Shown: piece by piece, positions 37,207-47,919 of the stretch
Layout of the letters: every line of letters begins with the position of its first letter
Position numbering within the stretch: the first letter of the stretch is position 1
Assembly: GCA_965230515.1 (NCBI GenBank)
Contig: OZ246007.1
Span: forward strand, 1,991,337 to 2,055,336
Direction: 5' to 3'
DNA length: 64,000 bases
Source: Pseudomonadales bacterium
Lineage (GTDB): Bacteria; Pseudomonadota; Gammaproteobacteria; Pseudomonadales; IMCC2047
The notes under the pieces: generated by a model
Seen by the model: only the letters and a program-made list of their open reading frames with translations
What the model was told of the DNA's origin: nothing
The model's database searches: none
Made by a program: the position numbers and the translations under genes

Positions 37207-37485
37207 ATCCTCCCAACTTTCTCATTATCAATAGTTCCGACAGTTCTCAATGGCTCCACACCAAACTCGACACACGGCCAATTGCTGACATCGGACCAAA
37301 ACTAGACTACCAACGGGCGTAAAAAACTTAATAGCAAGAATTACTCAATTGATCTGATGAACCGAGCAGTGCTTTTCAAAGCAACCGGACTTTGTTTATA
37401 CTTTTAAGCTATAATAATGACCCCCTGGTGGTTTCTCCCTGGCTGGCCGAAAAATTACTCGGCCGAATAATTCGGAGCAAAGACC

Positions 37486-38577
37486 GTGATTCGATTACAA
37501 TCCCAGGATTTAAAGGATGTGCTTGAAGTAGGCCGCTGCGCACTTGAGTGTGAGAGTATGGAGCGCCTGCAACAGGATACGTTGACACTCATTGAACGAT
37601 CACTGGGTGCCCGCAGCAGTGTTTACGCCCATTTCAACAAGAATCAAAAACAGATCAAACTGATTGAAGGCGCCGAGCACGGTGTGCCAAATGGCGCAAT
37701 GGCGCGTTGGTGCTCCACCTATCATTCTGACGACCCTTTTATGCGTCGCTATCTGGCCAGACTGTCAACACCCTCCAATAACGTTATCGTTTCAAGCGAC
37801 GTGATCAGTCACCAGGAATACATCTCCACCTCGTTTTACAACGAGTTTATGAAACCCCAATCGATCTACCATGTGATGATTATCGGATTAGAATCTGATC
37901 GTGGCCCGATTGGCGTGTTTGGCCTTCATCGCTCAATCAGTGCGCCCGCATTCTCCAAGGCGGAGGTAGCCAAAGCCAACCTGCTGGTACCGCATTTAAA
38001 GGGTGCTGTTGAGCGCATCGCCGCAAGGGAACTACTCAGCGAGTGCCAGTGGATTGCAGACCGTTTCGCCAATGATCTGGCAAATGACGGGATTGCGATT
38101 ATCGACCAGGATCTTAAAACGGTTTACATCAGTCAAAACGCACAACAGTTGCTCAGTTGTAACGACCAGTTGCCGGATCAGTTTTTAATTGCCTGTGGCA
38201 ACTGCCTGAGTACACATGATATCTCTGAGAAAACTGCCCACTTCTGTTTCAAAGCGGCAAGACGTACCGTTAGGGCCGAGATCAGCGCCCTGGAGTCGAT
38301 CCATTCATCGCCACGCTTTATGATTCGTCTGGACGCTTCGCTGCAGGAGGTTCCGGGCAGCCCCCAAATCACCCGGCGCATGAAAAAAATGGGGCTTTCA
38401 CGCCGCGAAATGGACGTAGCACAATTATCGAGCCAGGGCCTCACCAGTATGGCGATCGCCGACAAGCTCTTCATTAGCGTGCGCACGGTCAACAACCATC
38501 TCAGATCCATCTATGAAAAAGCCGGAGTGCACAACCGCGCCAGCCTGATCTACCGGCTAAACGAGCCACACCGGTAG
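37486..38577 (+). CDS. LuxR-family transcriptional regulator (large N-terminal sensor domain)
   Basis: C-terminal HTH LSRREMDVAQLSSQGLTSMAIADKLFISVRTVNNHLRSIYEKAGV. GTG start with a GGAG 8 nt upstream. Divergent from the TBDR operon. Confidence 0.8.
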   Translation: MIRLQSQDLKDVLEVGRCALECESMERLQQDTLTLIERSLGARSSVYAHFNKNQKQIKLIEGAEHGVPNGAMARWCSTYHSDDPFMRRYLARLSTPSNNVIVSSDVISHQEYISTSFYNEFMKPQSIYHVMIIGLESDRGPIGVFGLHRSISAPAFSKAEVAKANLLVPHLKGAVERIAARELLSECQWIADRFANDLANDGIAIIDQDLKTVYISQNAQQLLSCNDQLPDQFLIACGNCLSTHDISEKTAHFCFKAARRTVRAEISALESIHSSPRFMIRLDASLQEVPGSPQITRRMKKMGLSRREMDVAQLSSQGLTSMAIADKLFISVRTVNNHLRSIYEKAGVHNRASLIYRLNEPHR

Positions 38578-38592
38578 CTGCCCAGGCTGGTA

Positions 38593-39393
38593 TCACTGGC
38601 CGCTAAACTCCGGTTTGCGCTTCTCCAGAAACGCTGCGATCCCTTCCCGTCCATCCCGGGTTTTCGCATTGGCGGCAATCATGCGTGATTCCGAAATCAT
38701 CTGCGTTTCAATCGTATTCTTTTCGGCACTGAGCACCAGGCGCTTGACCGCTGCAAATGCTCTGGTCGGACCGCATGCCAGTTGCTGTGCAATCTGATGA
38801 GCACGCTCCTGCAACGCCTCCGGTTCTACAACCTCGTTGACCAGTCCCCAATCAAGCGCTTCTGCGGCACTCAGCCTGCGGTTAAGCAACATCAGCTCCT
38901 TTGCTCTCTTCACACCCACCAGTTGCACCAGCAAGCTGGTGGCACCGCCATCGGGAGAAAGCCCGGCAGCCGTGTAGGCCGAAGTAAAGGAGGCTTTGCC
39001 CGAAGCCAGGGTATAGTCCCCCACTAGCGCCAGACCGAGACCGATTCCAGCCGCAGCACCGTTCACTGCAGTGACCACCGGCGCTGACATTCTCATTAAG
39101 CGACTGAAGGCGTCATGGGCGTAAAAGGTGACTTTTTTCAGCTCTTCCGATATACCTTCACCTTTTTCGGCAAACGAGGCAAGATCGCCGCCCGCACAGA
39201 AAAGCTTGCCATGGGCGGTCAGCAGGACGGCTCGGACCGATGCATTCTCCTCACAGGCGATCACCGCACGCTGCAGCTCCTCCGCCAACGCCAGATTAAC
39301 AGTATTCGCGGCATCTGGCCGATTCAGGCAGATGGTCGCCAGTGCATTTTCGATGGAAAATTCAATCGTACTGAATGGTTCGGATTGGGTCAT
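38593..39393 (-). CDS. Enoyl-CoA hydratase/isomerase (crotonase) family
   Basis: LNRPDAANTV ... LFCAGGDLASF ... VVTAVNGAAAGIGLGLAL crotonase signature. The ATG at 39393 has an AAGGAA RBS. Confidence 0.85.
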   Translation of the reverse strand: MTQSEPFSTIEFSIENALATICLNRPDAANTVNLALAEELQRAVIACEENASVRAVLLTAHGKLFCAGGDLASFAEKGEGISEELKKVTFYAHDAFSRLMRMSAPVVTAVNGAAAGIGLGLALVGDYTLASGKASFTSAYTAAGLSPDGGATSLLVQLVGVKRAKELMLLNRRLSAAEALDWGLVNEVVEPEALQERAHQIAQQLACGPTRAFAAVKRLVLSAEKNTIETQMISESRMIAANAKTRDGREGIAAFLEKRKPEFSGQ

Positions 39394-39435
39394 GTTTGAT
39401 TCCTTTATCAACACCTACAGGCAGACAGCCTGTGA

Positions 39436-40290
39436 TTACAACGGCGCAGCCGTCACGCTATAACGACCGCGTTGATCACACATCAGTTTGCCGCAGGCCA
39501 TTTCAATATCATGGGTAAAAAACAGCCGCCCCTCTCGCTCAACCAGATCGGCAAGCAGTGCGGACTTCTCATCAATAAGTTTCTCCGGATAGCGATCATA
39601 ACCCATGGTGATGGGCAGATGCACCCACGGCGCTCCCGGAATCAGATCTGCACAAAAAACCAGCGGCCCCTCATCCGTGGCAATTTCGGATAGCATTAAC
39701 CCCGGCGTATGACCGTTTGAGAAAGTGAGCTTAACCCGCCCCTCCAATATCGAGGTTTGCTGATCTCCGATCAGTTCCAGCCGTTTAGACTCGATCAACA
39801 GCGGACTTAGCGTTTCAATGAACGATGCCCGATCACGAGGGTGCGGCTGCAGGGCCCGTTGCCAGTGCCGTTCGGAGACCAAAAAGCGTGCTTTGGGAAA
39901 CAGCAGCTGAGGCGCCTCATCTTCCCGCCAGGGCGTCAGCAGGCCACCCGCATGATCAAAGTGCAGATGGGACAAAACTACCGCATCGATATCCTGGTGA
40001 CTCAGGCCCTGCTTTGCCAGGTTTTCCAGCAACCGATGCTCCGCTTCATTCACCCCGTAACGCTCGCGCAGATCCGGCGGAAAGAAGGCTCCGATACCGG
40101 TCTCGAACAGCACGTTCCTACCGTCATCGAACTGAACCAGCAAAGCTCTTGCCGCCAGGCTGATTCGATTCTGCTCATCCACTTCAACCCATTTCGACCA
40201 AACAGCCCTGGGCGCGTTGCCAAACATGGCTCCGCCATCCAGGCGCTGGGTATTACCCTCTATTGCTGCCAGTTTCATTGTTTCACTCAT
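39436..40290 (-). CDS. MBL-fold metallo-hydrolase
   Basis: 284 aa with the HxHxDH motif ([11 protein letters not shown]). Confidence 0.8.
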   Translation of the reverse strand: MSETMKLAAIEGNTQRLDGGAMFGNAPRAVWSKWVEVDEQNRISLAARALLVQFDDGRNVLFETGIGAFFPPDLRERYGVNEAEHRLLENLAKQGLSHQDIDAVVLSHLHFDHAGGLLTPWREDEAPQLLFPKARFLVSERHWQRALQPHPRDRASFIETLSPLLIESKRLELIGDQQTSILEGRVKLTFSNGHTPGLMLSEIATDEGPLVFCADLIPGAPWVHLPITMGYDRYPEKLIDEKSALLADLVEREGRLFFTHDIEMACGKLMCDQRGRYSVTAAPL

Positions 40291-40371
40291 CTGAATTTAC
40301 AAACTAAATATACAAAAAAGGGTGCCACATCGCAGCACCCTGTCATGATACACAACCCTTGAACGGAATAA

Positions 40372-41778
40372 TCAGGCTTTATTAATGTTCACCACCTGCA
40401 TAGCGGTAAACTCCTCCAGCCCCTCTTTGCCCCACTCCACGCCCATACCGGACTCTTTGGCGGGAGGAAATGGAATATGAGGGCCGAAGGCACAGTGCTG
40501 GTTCACCCACACGGTACCACTGTCCAGTCGTGACGCCACCTGCTGCGCGCGCTCCAGATTACCGGACCAGACCGAACCTCCCAGGCCATAGGGGGAGTTA
40601 TTGGCTCTGGCGATCACATCATCCAGATCACTGTAACGAATAATCGGCAGTACCGGACCAAAGGGCTCTTCGTCCACCACCGGAGTCCCGTCCTCGATAT
40701 CCCGCACCACTGTGAGAGGCACATAGTAACCGGGCTTATCCGGTATCTCGCCACCGGCGATGATACGCCCGGTGTTTTTGGCACTCTCGATATAATGGCA
40801 CACTTTCTCAAACTGCATTTTGTTTTGTACCGGACCAAACTGCGTACCGGGTTCCGAGCCATCACCCACCACCGCCTGCTCAGCCATAGCAGCAATCTCG
40901 TCACACATTTGATCATAGATACTGTCATGCACATAGAGCCGTTTCAGAGCGATACAGACCTGGCCACTGTTCAGAAAAGCCGACCCGAAAACGCCGGCCG
41001 CAATCTGTTCGGGGTCCGCATCATCCAGCACAATTGCCGCATCGTTGCCCCCCAGCTCCAGCGTTACCCGCTTTAACGTTCCGGAAGCACTGGCCATGAT
41101 CGCCTTGCCGGTCGGCGTTGAACCGGTAAAGGAGATTTTGGCAATGTTTGGATGCGTGGTGATCGCTGGCCCCAGATTGTTATTGTCGGCTATGATGTTC
41201 AGTACACCCGGAGGGAAGATATCCTTAACAATCTCTCCCAACAGCAACGCGGTGAGCGGAGTAGTGGGTGCCGGCTTAAGAATCAGACAATTACCCGCTA
41301 GCAACGCTGGTGCCAGCTTATACACAGCAATCAGGAAGGGAAAATTCCAGGGCATGATGCCCGCCACCACTCCCAGTGGTTTGCGGTGAATCTCCACTCG
41401 CTGTGCATCATCTTCCAGCAACACTTCACTGGGCAGATCCTGCCCTGCAAAATGACGGCAGAATATCTCAGCAAAACCGACCTCGGCCGCCGCCTGCTCC
41501 AGAGGTTTGCCCTGCTCACCAGTCAGTACGTGTGTTACCCGCTCCGCGTTGGCATTGATCGCATCGGCTACATTTATCAGCAGCGCCTGACGCTCGGCAA
41601 TGGGTGTTTGGCTCCACGCAGGAAATGCACGATTGGCTGCCGCGACCGCCTGATCGAGCTGCTCATTATCTGCCACGGGACATTGTGCCAGTACGGTTTC
41701 ATTCGCCGGATTGATCACATCCATGCTCTCTGCGCCGGCCACCAATTGCCCATCAATCAGTAAACGGTATTCACTCAT
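40372..41778 (-). CDS. NAD(P)-dependent aldehyde dehydrogenase
   Basis: 468 aa with VTLELGGNDAAIV and FLNSGQVCIALKRLYV (catalytic Cys). Confidence 0.9.
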   Translation of the reverse strand: MSEYRLLIDGQLVAGAESMDVINPANETVLAQCPVADNEQLDQAVAAANRAFPAWSQTPIAERQALLINVADAINANAERVTHVLTGEQGKPLEQAAAEVGFAEIFCRHFAGQDLPSEVLLEDDAQRVEIHRKPLGVVAGIMPWNFPFLIAVYKLAPALLAGNCLILKPAPTTPLTALLLGEIVKDIFPPGVLNIIADNNNLGPAITTHPNIAKISFTGSTPTGKAIMASASGTLKRVTLELGGNDAAIVLDDADPEQIAAGVFGSAFLNSGQVCIALKRLYVHDSIYDQMCDEIAAMAEQAVVGDGSEPGTQFGPVQNKMQFEKVCHYIESAKNTGRIIAGGEIPDKPGYYVPLTVVRDIEDGTPVVDEEPFGPVLPIIRYSDLDDVIARANNSPYGLGGSVWSGNLERAQQVASRLDSGTVWVNQHCAFGPHIPFPPAKESGMGVEWGKEGLEEFTAMQVVNINKA

Positions 41779-41830
41779 TTTGTTTCCCCTGTCGGTTTCA
41801 TTCTGTATTAAGGGTATACGCTGGCAGTAC

Positions 41831-43507
41831 CTACAACCCCAACTCCTGTTCCATCATCTCACGCATTTTGAATTTCTGGATTTTCCCGGTAACTGTCATA
41901 GGATACGCATCAACCAGTTTCACATACTGCGGTATTTTAAAATGCGCTATCTTGTCCTTGCAGAAGGCTTTCACCTCCTCTACATCTAGCGACTCGTCTT
42001 GATGTGCTTGAACCCATGCGCAGACCTGTTCGCCAAAACGCTCGTCTTTAATTCCGAATACCTGCACCTCCTGTATTTTGGGGTGCGTGTACAGAAACTC
42101 CTCCACTTCACGAGGATAGACATTTTCTCCACCACGAATAATCATATCCTTCAGCCGCCCCACCACCTGCACATAGCCTTCAGCATCCATAATGCCAATA
42201 TCGCCGGAGTGCAGCCAGCCTTCAGGATCAATGGTATCTGCCGTTTTTTGCACATCATTCCAATATCCCTGCATCACCGAGTAACCCCGGCAACAGATTT
42301 CGCCTTTCTCTCCGGTCGGCACCACCGTTCCCTGCTCATCAATCAGTTTGATCTCGAGGTGTGGTCCCGGTTGCCCCACGGTACTGACCCGCTTCTCAAG
42401 CGGATCATCCACGGCGGTCATATGGTTAACCGGGCTGGTTTCAGTCTGCCCATAGGCAATCAATACCTCAGACATATGCATATCCTTTAGCACTCGCTTC
42501 ATTACCTCGACCGGACAGGGTGAGCCGGCCATGATCCCGGTGCGCAAACTACTCAGGTCAAACTGATCAAATTGCGGGTGTTCCAGCTCGGCAATAAACA
42601 TCGTTGGCACACCATGCAGCGCGGTACAACGCTCCTCTTCAACCGCCTGCAGGGTGGTGAGCGGATCAAAAGCGTCACCGGGAAAAACCGCAGCCGATCC
42701 GTGGGTAACACAGGCCAGATTGCCCATGACCATTCCAAAACAGTGATAAAGCGGTACCGGAATACACAGCTTGTCCTGCTCACTCAGGCGCATGCCGTCT
42801 CCAACAATCTTGCCATTGTTGAGAATATTGATATGGGTCAGCGTAGCGCCCTTGGGGTTTCCGGTCGTGCCACTGGTAAACTGGATGTTGATGGGGTCCT
42901 CCGGCGACAGCGTTTTTTGCAGTTCTGCCAGACGTTCATACTCCAGACTGCCACCGCGTGTGACCACCTCACATAGATTCAGCATTCCCGGCGTGGCCTC
43001 TGAACCCATACGAATAACAGTAGTCAGATGCGGCAGTTTATCTGCCTTGAGCTGCCCCGGCTCACAGCTTGCCAGTTCCGGCGCCAGAGTCTGCAACATC
43101 TCCAGATATTCACTGCTCTTGAAACGTTCGGCACTGATAATGGCTTTGCACTCCACCTTGTTCAGCGCATATTCCAGTTCATAGAGGCGGTAAGCGGGAT
43201 TAATGCAAACCATAATGGCGCCAATACGCGCCGTGGCAAACTGCGTCAAACACCACTCGTAGCAGTTGGGTGCCCAGATGCCAACACGATCCCCTTTCCC
43301 AATCCCTATCGCCAGCATGCCAGTGGCCAGCCGGTCAATTTCATCGAGATACTCACGATAGCTCCACCGAATATCCTGATGGCGGGAAATCAAGGCAGGA
43401 TGATCCGGATACTGCTGAACCGTTAGTTCCAGCTGCTCGCCAATCGTTTTTTGCAACAGGGGGGGGCTGGTCACTCCCTGCACAAAGCTGCTGTCAAGTT
43501 GGATCAT
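41831..43507 (-). CDS. AMP-forming acyl-CoA synthetase (ACSF2 / fatty-acid-CoA ligase-like)
   Basis: 558 aa with QFTSGTTGNPKGATLTH, YGQTETS and the C-terminal GKIQKFKMRE. Confidence 0.85.
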   Translation of the reverse strand: MIQLDSSFVQGVTSPPLLQKTIGEQLELTVQQYPDHPALISRHQDIRWSYREYLDEIDRLATGMLAIGIGKGDRVGIWAPNCYEWCLTQFATARIGAIMVCINPAYRLYELEYALNKVECKAIISAERFKSSEYLEMLQTLAPELASCEPGQLKADKLPHLTTVIRMGSEATPGMLNLCEVVTRGGSLEYERLAELQKTLSPEDPINIQFTSGTTGNPKGATLTHINILNNGKIVGDGMRLSEQDKLCIPVPLYHCFGMVMGNLACVTHGSAAVFPGDAFDPLTTLQAVEEERCTALHGVPTMFIAELEHPQFDQFDLSSLRTGIMAGSPCPVEVMKRVLKDMHMSEVLIAYGQTETSPVNHMTAVDDPLEKRVSTVGQPGPHLEIKLIDEQGTVVPTGEKGEICCRGYSVMQGYWNDVQKTADTIDPEGWLHSGDIGIMDAEGYVQVVGRLKDMIIRGGENVYPREVEEFLYTHPKIQEVQVFGIKDERFGEQVCAWVQAHQDESLDVEEVKAFCKDKIAHFKIPQYVKLVDAYPMTVTGKIQKFKMREMMEQELGL

Positions 43508-43573
43508 TTGGCCATTCTCCAGGACTCAAGAAGCACATGGTATTGCATACTCCAGTGCTGAAACTACAGTTAT

Positions 43574-45232
43574 TCATGATTGGCCCTGCCACTCGCGCTC
43601 GCGCAATTCAACTCGCCGAATCTTGCCGCTGATAGTTTTTGGCAGTTCCTCGACAAATTCAATTTTACGGGGGTACTTGTAGGGTGCGGTAACCTGTTTG
43701 ACATGGTCCTTCAAAGCCTGACTCAAGGCTTCGGATGCTTCATGGGCCGGCGTTAACACAACAAAGGCTTTCACCACCTCACCCCGGTCTGGGTCGGGAC
43801 TGGAGACCACCGCCGATTCCGCCACCGCCTCATGTTCAAGCAGCGCACTTTCAACCTCAAAGGGGCCGATACGATAACCGGATGAAAGAATGACATCATC
43901 GGAACGGCTGACAAACCAGAAATAGCCATCTTCATCCATGGTCGCCCGGTCGCCGGTCAGATACCAATCTCCCTTGAAGCAGCCTGCGGTTTTTTCCGGC
44001 TGGTTTTTGTATTCGAGAAACAATCCCTGCGGTCGTTGCGGGTTAACGCGCACAGCAATATCGCCCTCTGTATTCACCGCTGCGATTTGCCCATCATGAT
44101 CGATAACCTGAAGATCAATACCGGGAGCGGGTTTGCCCATTGAGCCGAACCGTGGCTCTACGCCCGGGAAGTTGCCACAAAGAATCACCGTTTCCGTTTG
44201 GCCATAACCGTCACGAATGGTAATTCCGGTGGCTTTTTTCCAGACATTGATCACTTCCGGGTTGAGGGGCTCCCCGGCCGCAACACAGTGGCGCAGGCTG
44301 CCGAAATCATATTGCTTCAAATCCTGCTGCACCAGCATGCGATAGATGGTCGGCGCACCGCAGACAGTGGTAATAGGGTACTTCCCCATCAGCTTGAGTG
44401 TTTTATCCGGGTCGAAACCGCTGGTATGATGAACAAAAATTGCAGCGCCGCAGTTCCAGGGACCAAAATAACTGCTCCAGGCCGCTTTCGCCCAGCCGGT
44501 ATCACTGATATTCCAGTGCAGATCATCCTCTTTCAGGTCTAACCAGTATTTTCCGGTGGTACTGTGCGCCAGCCCGTAACTGTGGCTGTGCATCGCCATT
44601 TTTGGATAGCCGGTTGTACCTGAGGTAAAGTAGCAAAGTGCCGGTGCTTCAGCTTTGGTCTGTTCAGCCGGAAAGTCAGATGAAGCCTGACCGAGTGCTG
44701 CAGTATAATCGATCCAGCCATCTCTAGGCCCGTCGATCACCAGTTTAGCCTGCAGGCTTGGACATTGACCCAGCACCTGCTCCAGCTTCTCAGCGCCATC
44801 CCTATCCGTAATTATACAGCTCGCTTCAGCGGTGTTAATGCGATAAGCCAGATCATTGGCCGCCAGCTGCATGGTACCGGGTGACACAATAGCACCCATC
44901 CTCAAGCAGGCGGTCACGCTTTCCCACCAGGCAATCTGACGCCCCAGCATGACCACCACGGTATCTCCGCAAGTTACTCCGGCTTCGAGAAGGACATTGG
45001 CCAACCGGCGTGAAGCGATGCTGATATCCCTGAAGCTTTTCTTTATTTCATTTCCCGAATCATCCACCCACAGCATCGCCTGCTTTTCTGGGTCTTCCGC
45101 CCAGCGGTCGATCACATCAGTTGCAAAGTTAAAGTATTCCGGGCGAGGCCACTGAAAAGTGGTATAAAGTTCCGAGTAGCTCATGGTTTTGACCAGCTCC
45201 GACATTGTGGCAAACGCTTGCAGTGTAACCAA
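43574..45232 (-). CDS. AMP-forming acyl-CoA synthetase (medium-chain/ACSM-like)
   Basis: YFTSGTTGYPKMAMHSH, DGYGQTE and SGKIRRVELRE. The start is uncertain: TTG at 45232, or ATGs at 45204 or 45183. Confidence 0.85.
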   Translation of the reverse strand: MVTLQAFATMSELVKTMSYSELYTTFQWPRPEYFNFATDVIDRWAEDPEKQAMLWVDDSGNEIKKSFRDISIASRRLANVLLEAGVTCGDTVVVMLGRQIAWWESVTACLRMGAIVSPGTMQLAANDLAYRINTAEASCIITDRDGAEKLEQVLGQCPSLQAKLVIDGPRDGWIDYTAALGQASSDFPAEQTKAEAPALCYFTSGTTGYPKMAMHSHSYGLAHSTTGKYWLDLKEDDLHWNISDTGWAKAAWSSYFGPWNCGAAIFVHHTSGFDPDKTLKLMGKYPITTVCGAPTIYRMLVQQDLKQYDFGSLRHCVAAGEPLNPEVINVWKKATGITIRDGYGQTETVILCGNFPGVEPRFGSMGKPAPGIDLQVIDHDGQIAAVNTEGDIAVRVNPQRPQGLFLEYKNQPEKTAGCFKGDWYLTGDRATMDEDGYFWFVSRSDDVILSSGYRIGPFEVESALLEHEAVAESAVVSSPDPDRGEVVKAFVVLTPAHEASEALSQALKDHVKQVTAPYKYPRKIEFVEELPKTISGKIRRVELREREWQGQS

Positions 45233-45332
45233 CGCAAGCGGCCAAACCTATAGGTAATTTGACTCAAAAACGGAGCAGGAGCCTTTTACCAACGGCCCCT
45301 GTTCCCACGGTGGTGCACCGAGTTACTTGCGC

Positions 45333-47702
45333 TTACCTGCCCCAGCGGTAATTGAAGGAAACACCCCACCAGCGAGGCTTGCCATAGGCGCTTTCGGTCA
45401 TGCCAAACCCGCCTTCCAGAGGATTGCCGGACAGATCCAGCGCCATCTGACGATACTCCTCATCGGTCACGTTGTTGACAAATGCCGACACGTTCCAGTC
45501 ACCTTCTGGCGAAGTATAGGTCAAACGGACATTGGAGATTGCGAAAGCATCCTCTTCCACCACCGGAGAGTTCTTAAGCTGGAAGAAATGGTCATCCATA
45601 TAATTGAAGTCGTACTGCACCGCCAGGAATCCTTCTCCCACCTGCCACTCATAACGCAACATACCGTTAAAGGACAGTTCCGGAGTCATGATCATTTCGC
45701 GATCAAGCAAAGCGCCACCTGGCGTATTGTAGGCATCCTCTACGTTGGTATCGGTGTAGGCCATACCTAAAAGAATATCCAGTCCGTCAACCGGGGAAGT
45801 TTGAAGTTCCAACTCAAAACCCTTGTTCACCGCGTCTGTGTTGAACACAAACAGCGTCAGGCTTTCCAGGTTAAAGGCTTGATAATCCTTGTAGTCATAG
45901 TAGTAGGCCGCACCATTCAAGCGTGCCCGACCATCCCAGAGTTCCGTTTTAAAACCGATCTCGTAGGCATCCAGTGTCTCCTTGTCGAACGCCATTTCTT
46001 CGGGCGTCAGTGCCCCTACAATGTACAAAGTGGCATCCAGGGGCGCATTAAATCCACCGGCCTTGATGCCCCTGTTGTAACTGACATAAATCAGGGTGTC
46101 TTCGCTGGCCCGCCAATCCAGACCGAGCTTCCAGGTAAAGAAATCATCATCAATCTCTGTATTTGTCGGCCCTTCCAGCAGCGGCAGATCAATGCCAAAA
46201 GCACCGAACAGGGTTACAGAACCCTGGTTGGAAAACTGGCCGCCGCCATAGCTCCAGACCGGGTCACCCAGACCGAACAAGTCCCTTATCGCGACATCGT
46301 TTGACGTGGTTGATTCAAACAACGAGTAGTGTTGGTCAAACTGGGTGCTTTTTTCCTCTTTCGACCAACGCAAACCGGCGGTCAGGGTCAGCGCTTCCGA
46401 CAGGTCAAATTCCACCTGACCAAAAACGGCTGTCGATTCGGTTTCCATGCTGAATGGGCTGTCAAAGCCAAACTCGGAGGGGACTGTACTGTCCTGAAAT
46501 GCCTCACGCGCAAATCCACCGGCAACACCACCCGTGTACAGGTCCCCCTCATAATTCATGTAATAGGCACCCGTTACCCAGCGCATGTTGTCAGTTTCAC
46601 CACTAAGCCGAAATTCCTGCGAAAACTGCTCCATATCGGATTTTAAGGCGAAATGGAAAAACGGGTTAGGGCTGGCATCCGAGTCTTCAAGATAGTCCCG
46701 CTCTAGCTCGTTGTAGTCCGTGATGCTCACAAACTCCATACCATTACCCAGTTCTGTTCTGAATGTGGCTGTATAGCCCTGGGTTTCAACCCTTACGTAG
46801 CCATTGGCGTCGTACTCACCCTCATGAATATCACCACCATCCGGGTCGCTATAGGGCCCGGTTCCGTTAAAACCTCCAAAATCGGACAGGTCACCACCGG
46901 CAAAATCTTCACCAAGCCCGTCAGCATTGAGTCTGGATGACGAATGGTCAAAAGGGGCATTGCTGTTATCCAACTCGCCGGCTCGCGCATTCAGCAACAG
47001 CTCTGTGGACTCACTAATGTCAAACAGCAATTGTCCTCGAACGGCCCAGACATCGTTATCGCTTAAATCTGAGCCAATATTATTTTTTATAAAGCCGTCA
47101 TGATTGCTTGAGTTAATGGAGAGCCTGCCGGAAATGGTATCGGTCAAACCACCACCGATGGCGCCCTCCACGTCTACCTGGTCATAATCACCAACAGTCG
47201 CTCTGATGTACCCTTCAGCTTCCTGATCCGGTCGCCTGGTGACGTAGTGTACCAGTCCGCCGGTCGCATTACGTCCAAACAGGGTTCCCTGCGGGCCGCG
47301 GAGAATCTCCACCCGCTCAAAATCAAACAGTTGAAATCCCGCGCCGGTAGGCGATGCCACGTAAACATCATCCACATAAACGGCAACCGGTGATTCCTGG
47401 TTGTCGCCTGAAAAATCATTCTGGGCCACGCCGCGTATATTGATATAAAAAGAGGACGGTCCATTTGGCTGGACCAACGTAACACCCGGAGCCTGGGCAA
47501 CCACGTCATCGGCTGTATCCCATCCCAGTTGATCCATCTGGTCGCCGTTAAACGCCGATACCGCGATTCCGACGTCCTGCATACTCTGCTCACGCTTCTG
47601 CGCAGTTACAACAACCTCTTCCAGCACCGCGGCACTTAATCCGCCAGATAACAAAGCTATTTGAGTACAAATAGCGATTGCCAGTCCTGTTCTTTTCATC
47701 AT
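45333..47702 (-). CDS. TonB-dependent receptor
   Basis: 789 aa with a signal peptide, VLEEVVVTAQKREQS, EILRGPQGTLFGRNATGGLV, and a terminal ...NYRWGR barrel end. Confidence 0.9.
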   Translation of the reverse strand: MMKRTGLAIAICTQIALLSGGLSAAVLEEVVVTAQKREQSMQDVGIAVSAFNGDQMDQLGWDTADDVVAQAPGVTLVQPNGPSSFYINIRGVAQNDFSGDNQESPVAVYVDDVYVASPTGAGFQLFDFERVEILRGPQGTLFGRNATGGLVHYVTRRPDQEAEGYIRATVGDYDQVDVEGAIGGGLTDTISGRLSINSSNHDGFIKNNIGSDLSDNDVWAVRGQLLFDISESTELLLNARAGELDNSNAPFDHSSSRLNADGLGEDFAGGDLSDFGGFNGTGPYSDPDGGDIHEGEYDANGYVRVETQGYTATFRTELGNGMEFVSITDYNELERDYLEDSDASPNPFFHFALKSDMEQFSQEFRLSGETDNMRWVTGAYYMNYEGDLYTGGVAGGFAREAFQDSTVPSEFGFDSPFSMETESTAVFGQVEFDLSEALTLTAGLRWSKEEKSTQFDQHYSLFESTTSNDVAIRDLFGLGDPVWSYGGGQFSNQGSVTLFGAFGIDLPLLEGPTNTEIDDDFFTWKLGLDWRASEDTLIYVSYNRGIKAGGFNAPLDATLYIVGALTPEEMAFDKETLDAYEIGFKTELWDGRARLNGAAYYYDYKDYQAFNLESLTLFVFNTDAVNKGFELELQTSPVDGLDILLGMAYTDTNVEDAYNTPGGALLDREMIMTPELSFNGMLRYEWQVGEGFLAVQYDFNYMDDHFFQLKNSPVVEEDAFAISNVRLTYTSPEGDWNVSAFVNNVTDEEYRQMALDLSGNPLEGGFGMTESAYGKPRWWGVSFNYRWGR

Positions 47703-47753
47703 TGTGATACTCCCCCTTGCTTCTGATTTTGATACTTCTAGATTTAATTATTT

Positions 47754-47840
47754 GTCAACCGTACTATATTATATTTTATAGGTCAACTGAAATATTTTAT
47801 TGTGCTGGCATCTCGAAGCTACTGAATTAATGGTCAACCG
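47754..47840. promoter_or_regulatory. Three direct GTCAAC(C/T)G repeats in the TBDR / tetR-like divergent region
   Basis: GTCAACCG at 47754, GTCAACTG at 47782, GTCAACCG at 47833. Candidate operator half-sites. Confidence 0.3.
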
Positions 47841-47919
47841 GACTGTAATTGTCACTCACCCATACCATTTTTAAATCAACCCCGTTACAATCTTCCAACT
47901 TTCAGATTGGTACAGCATA

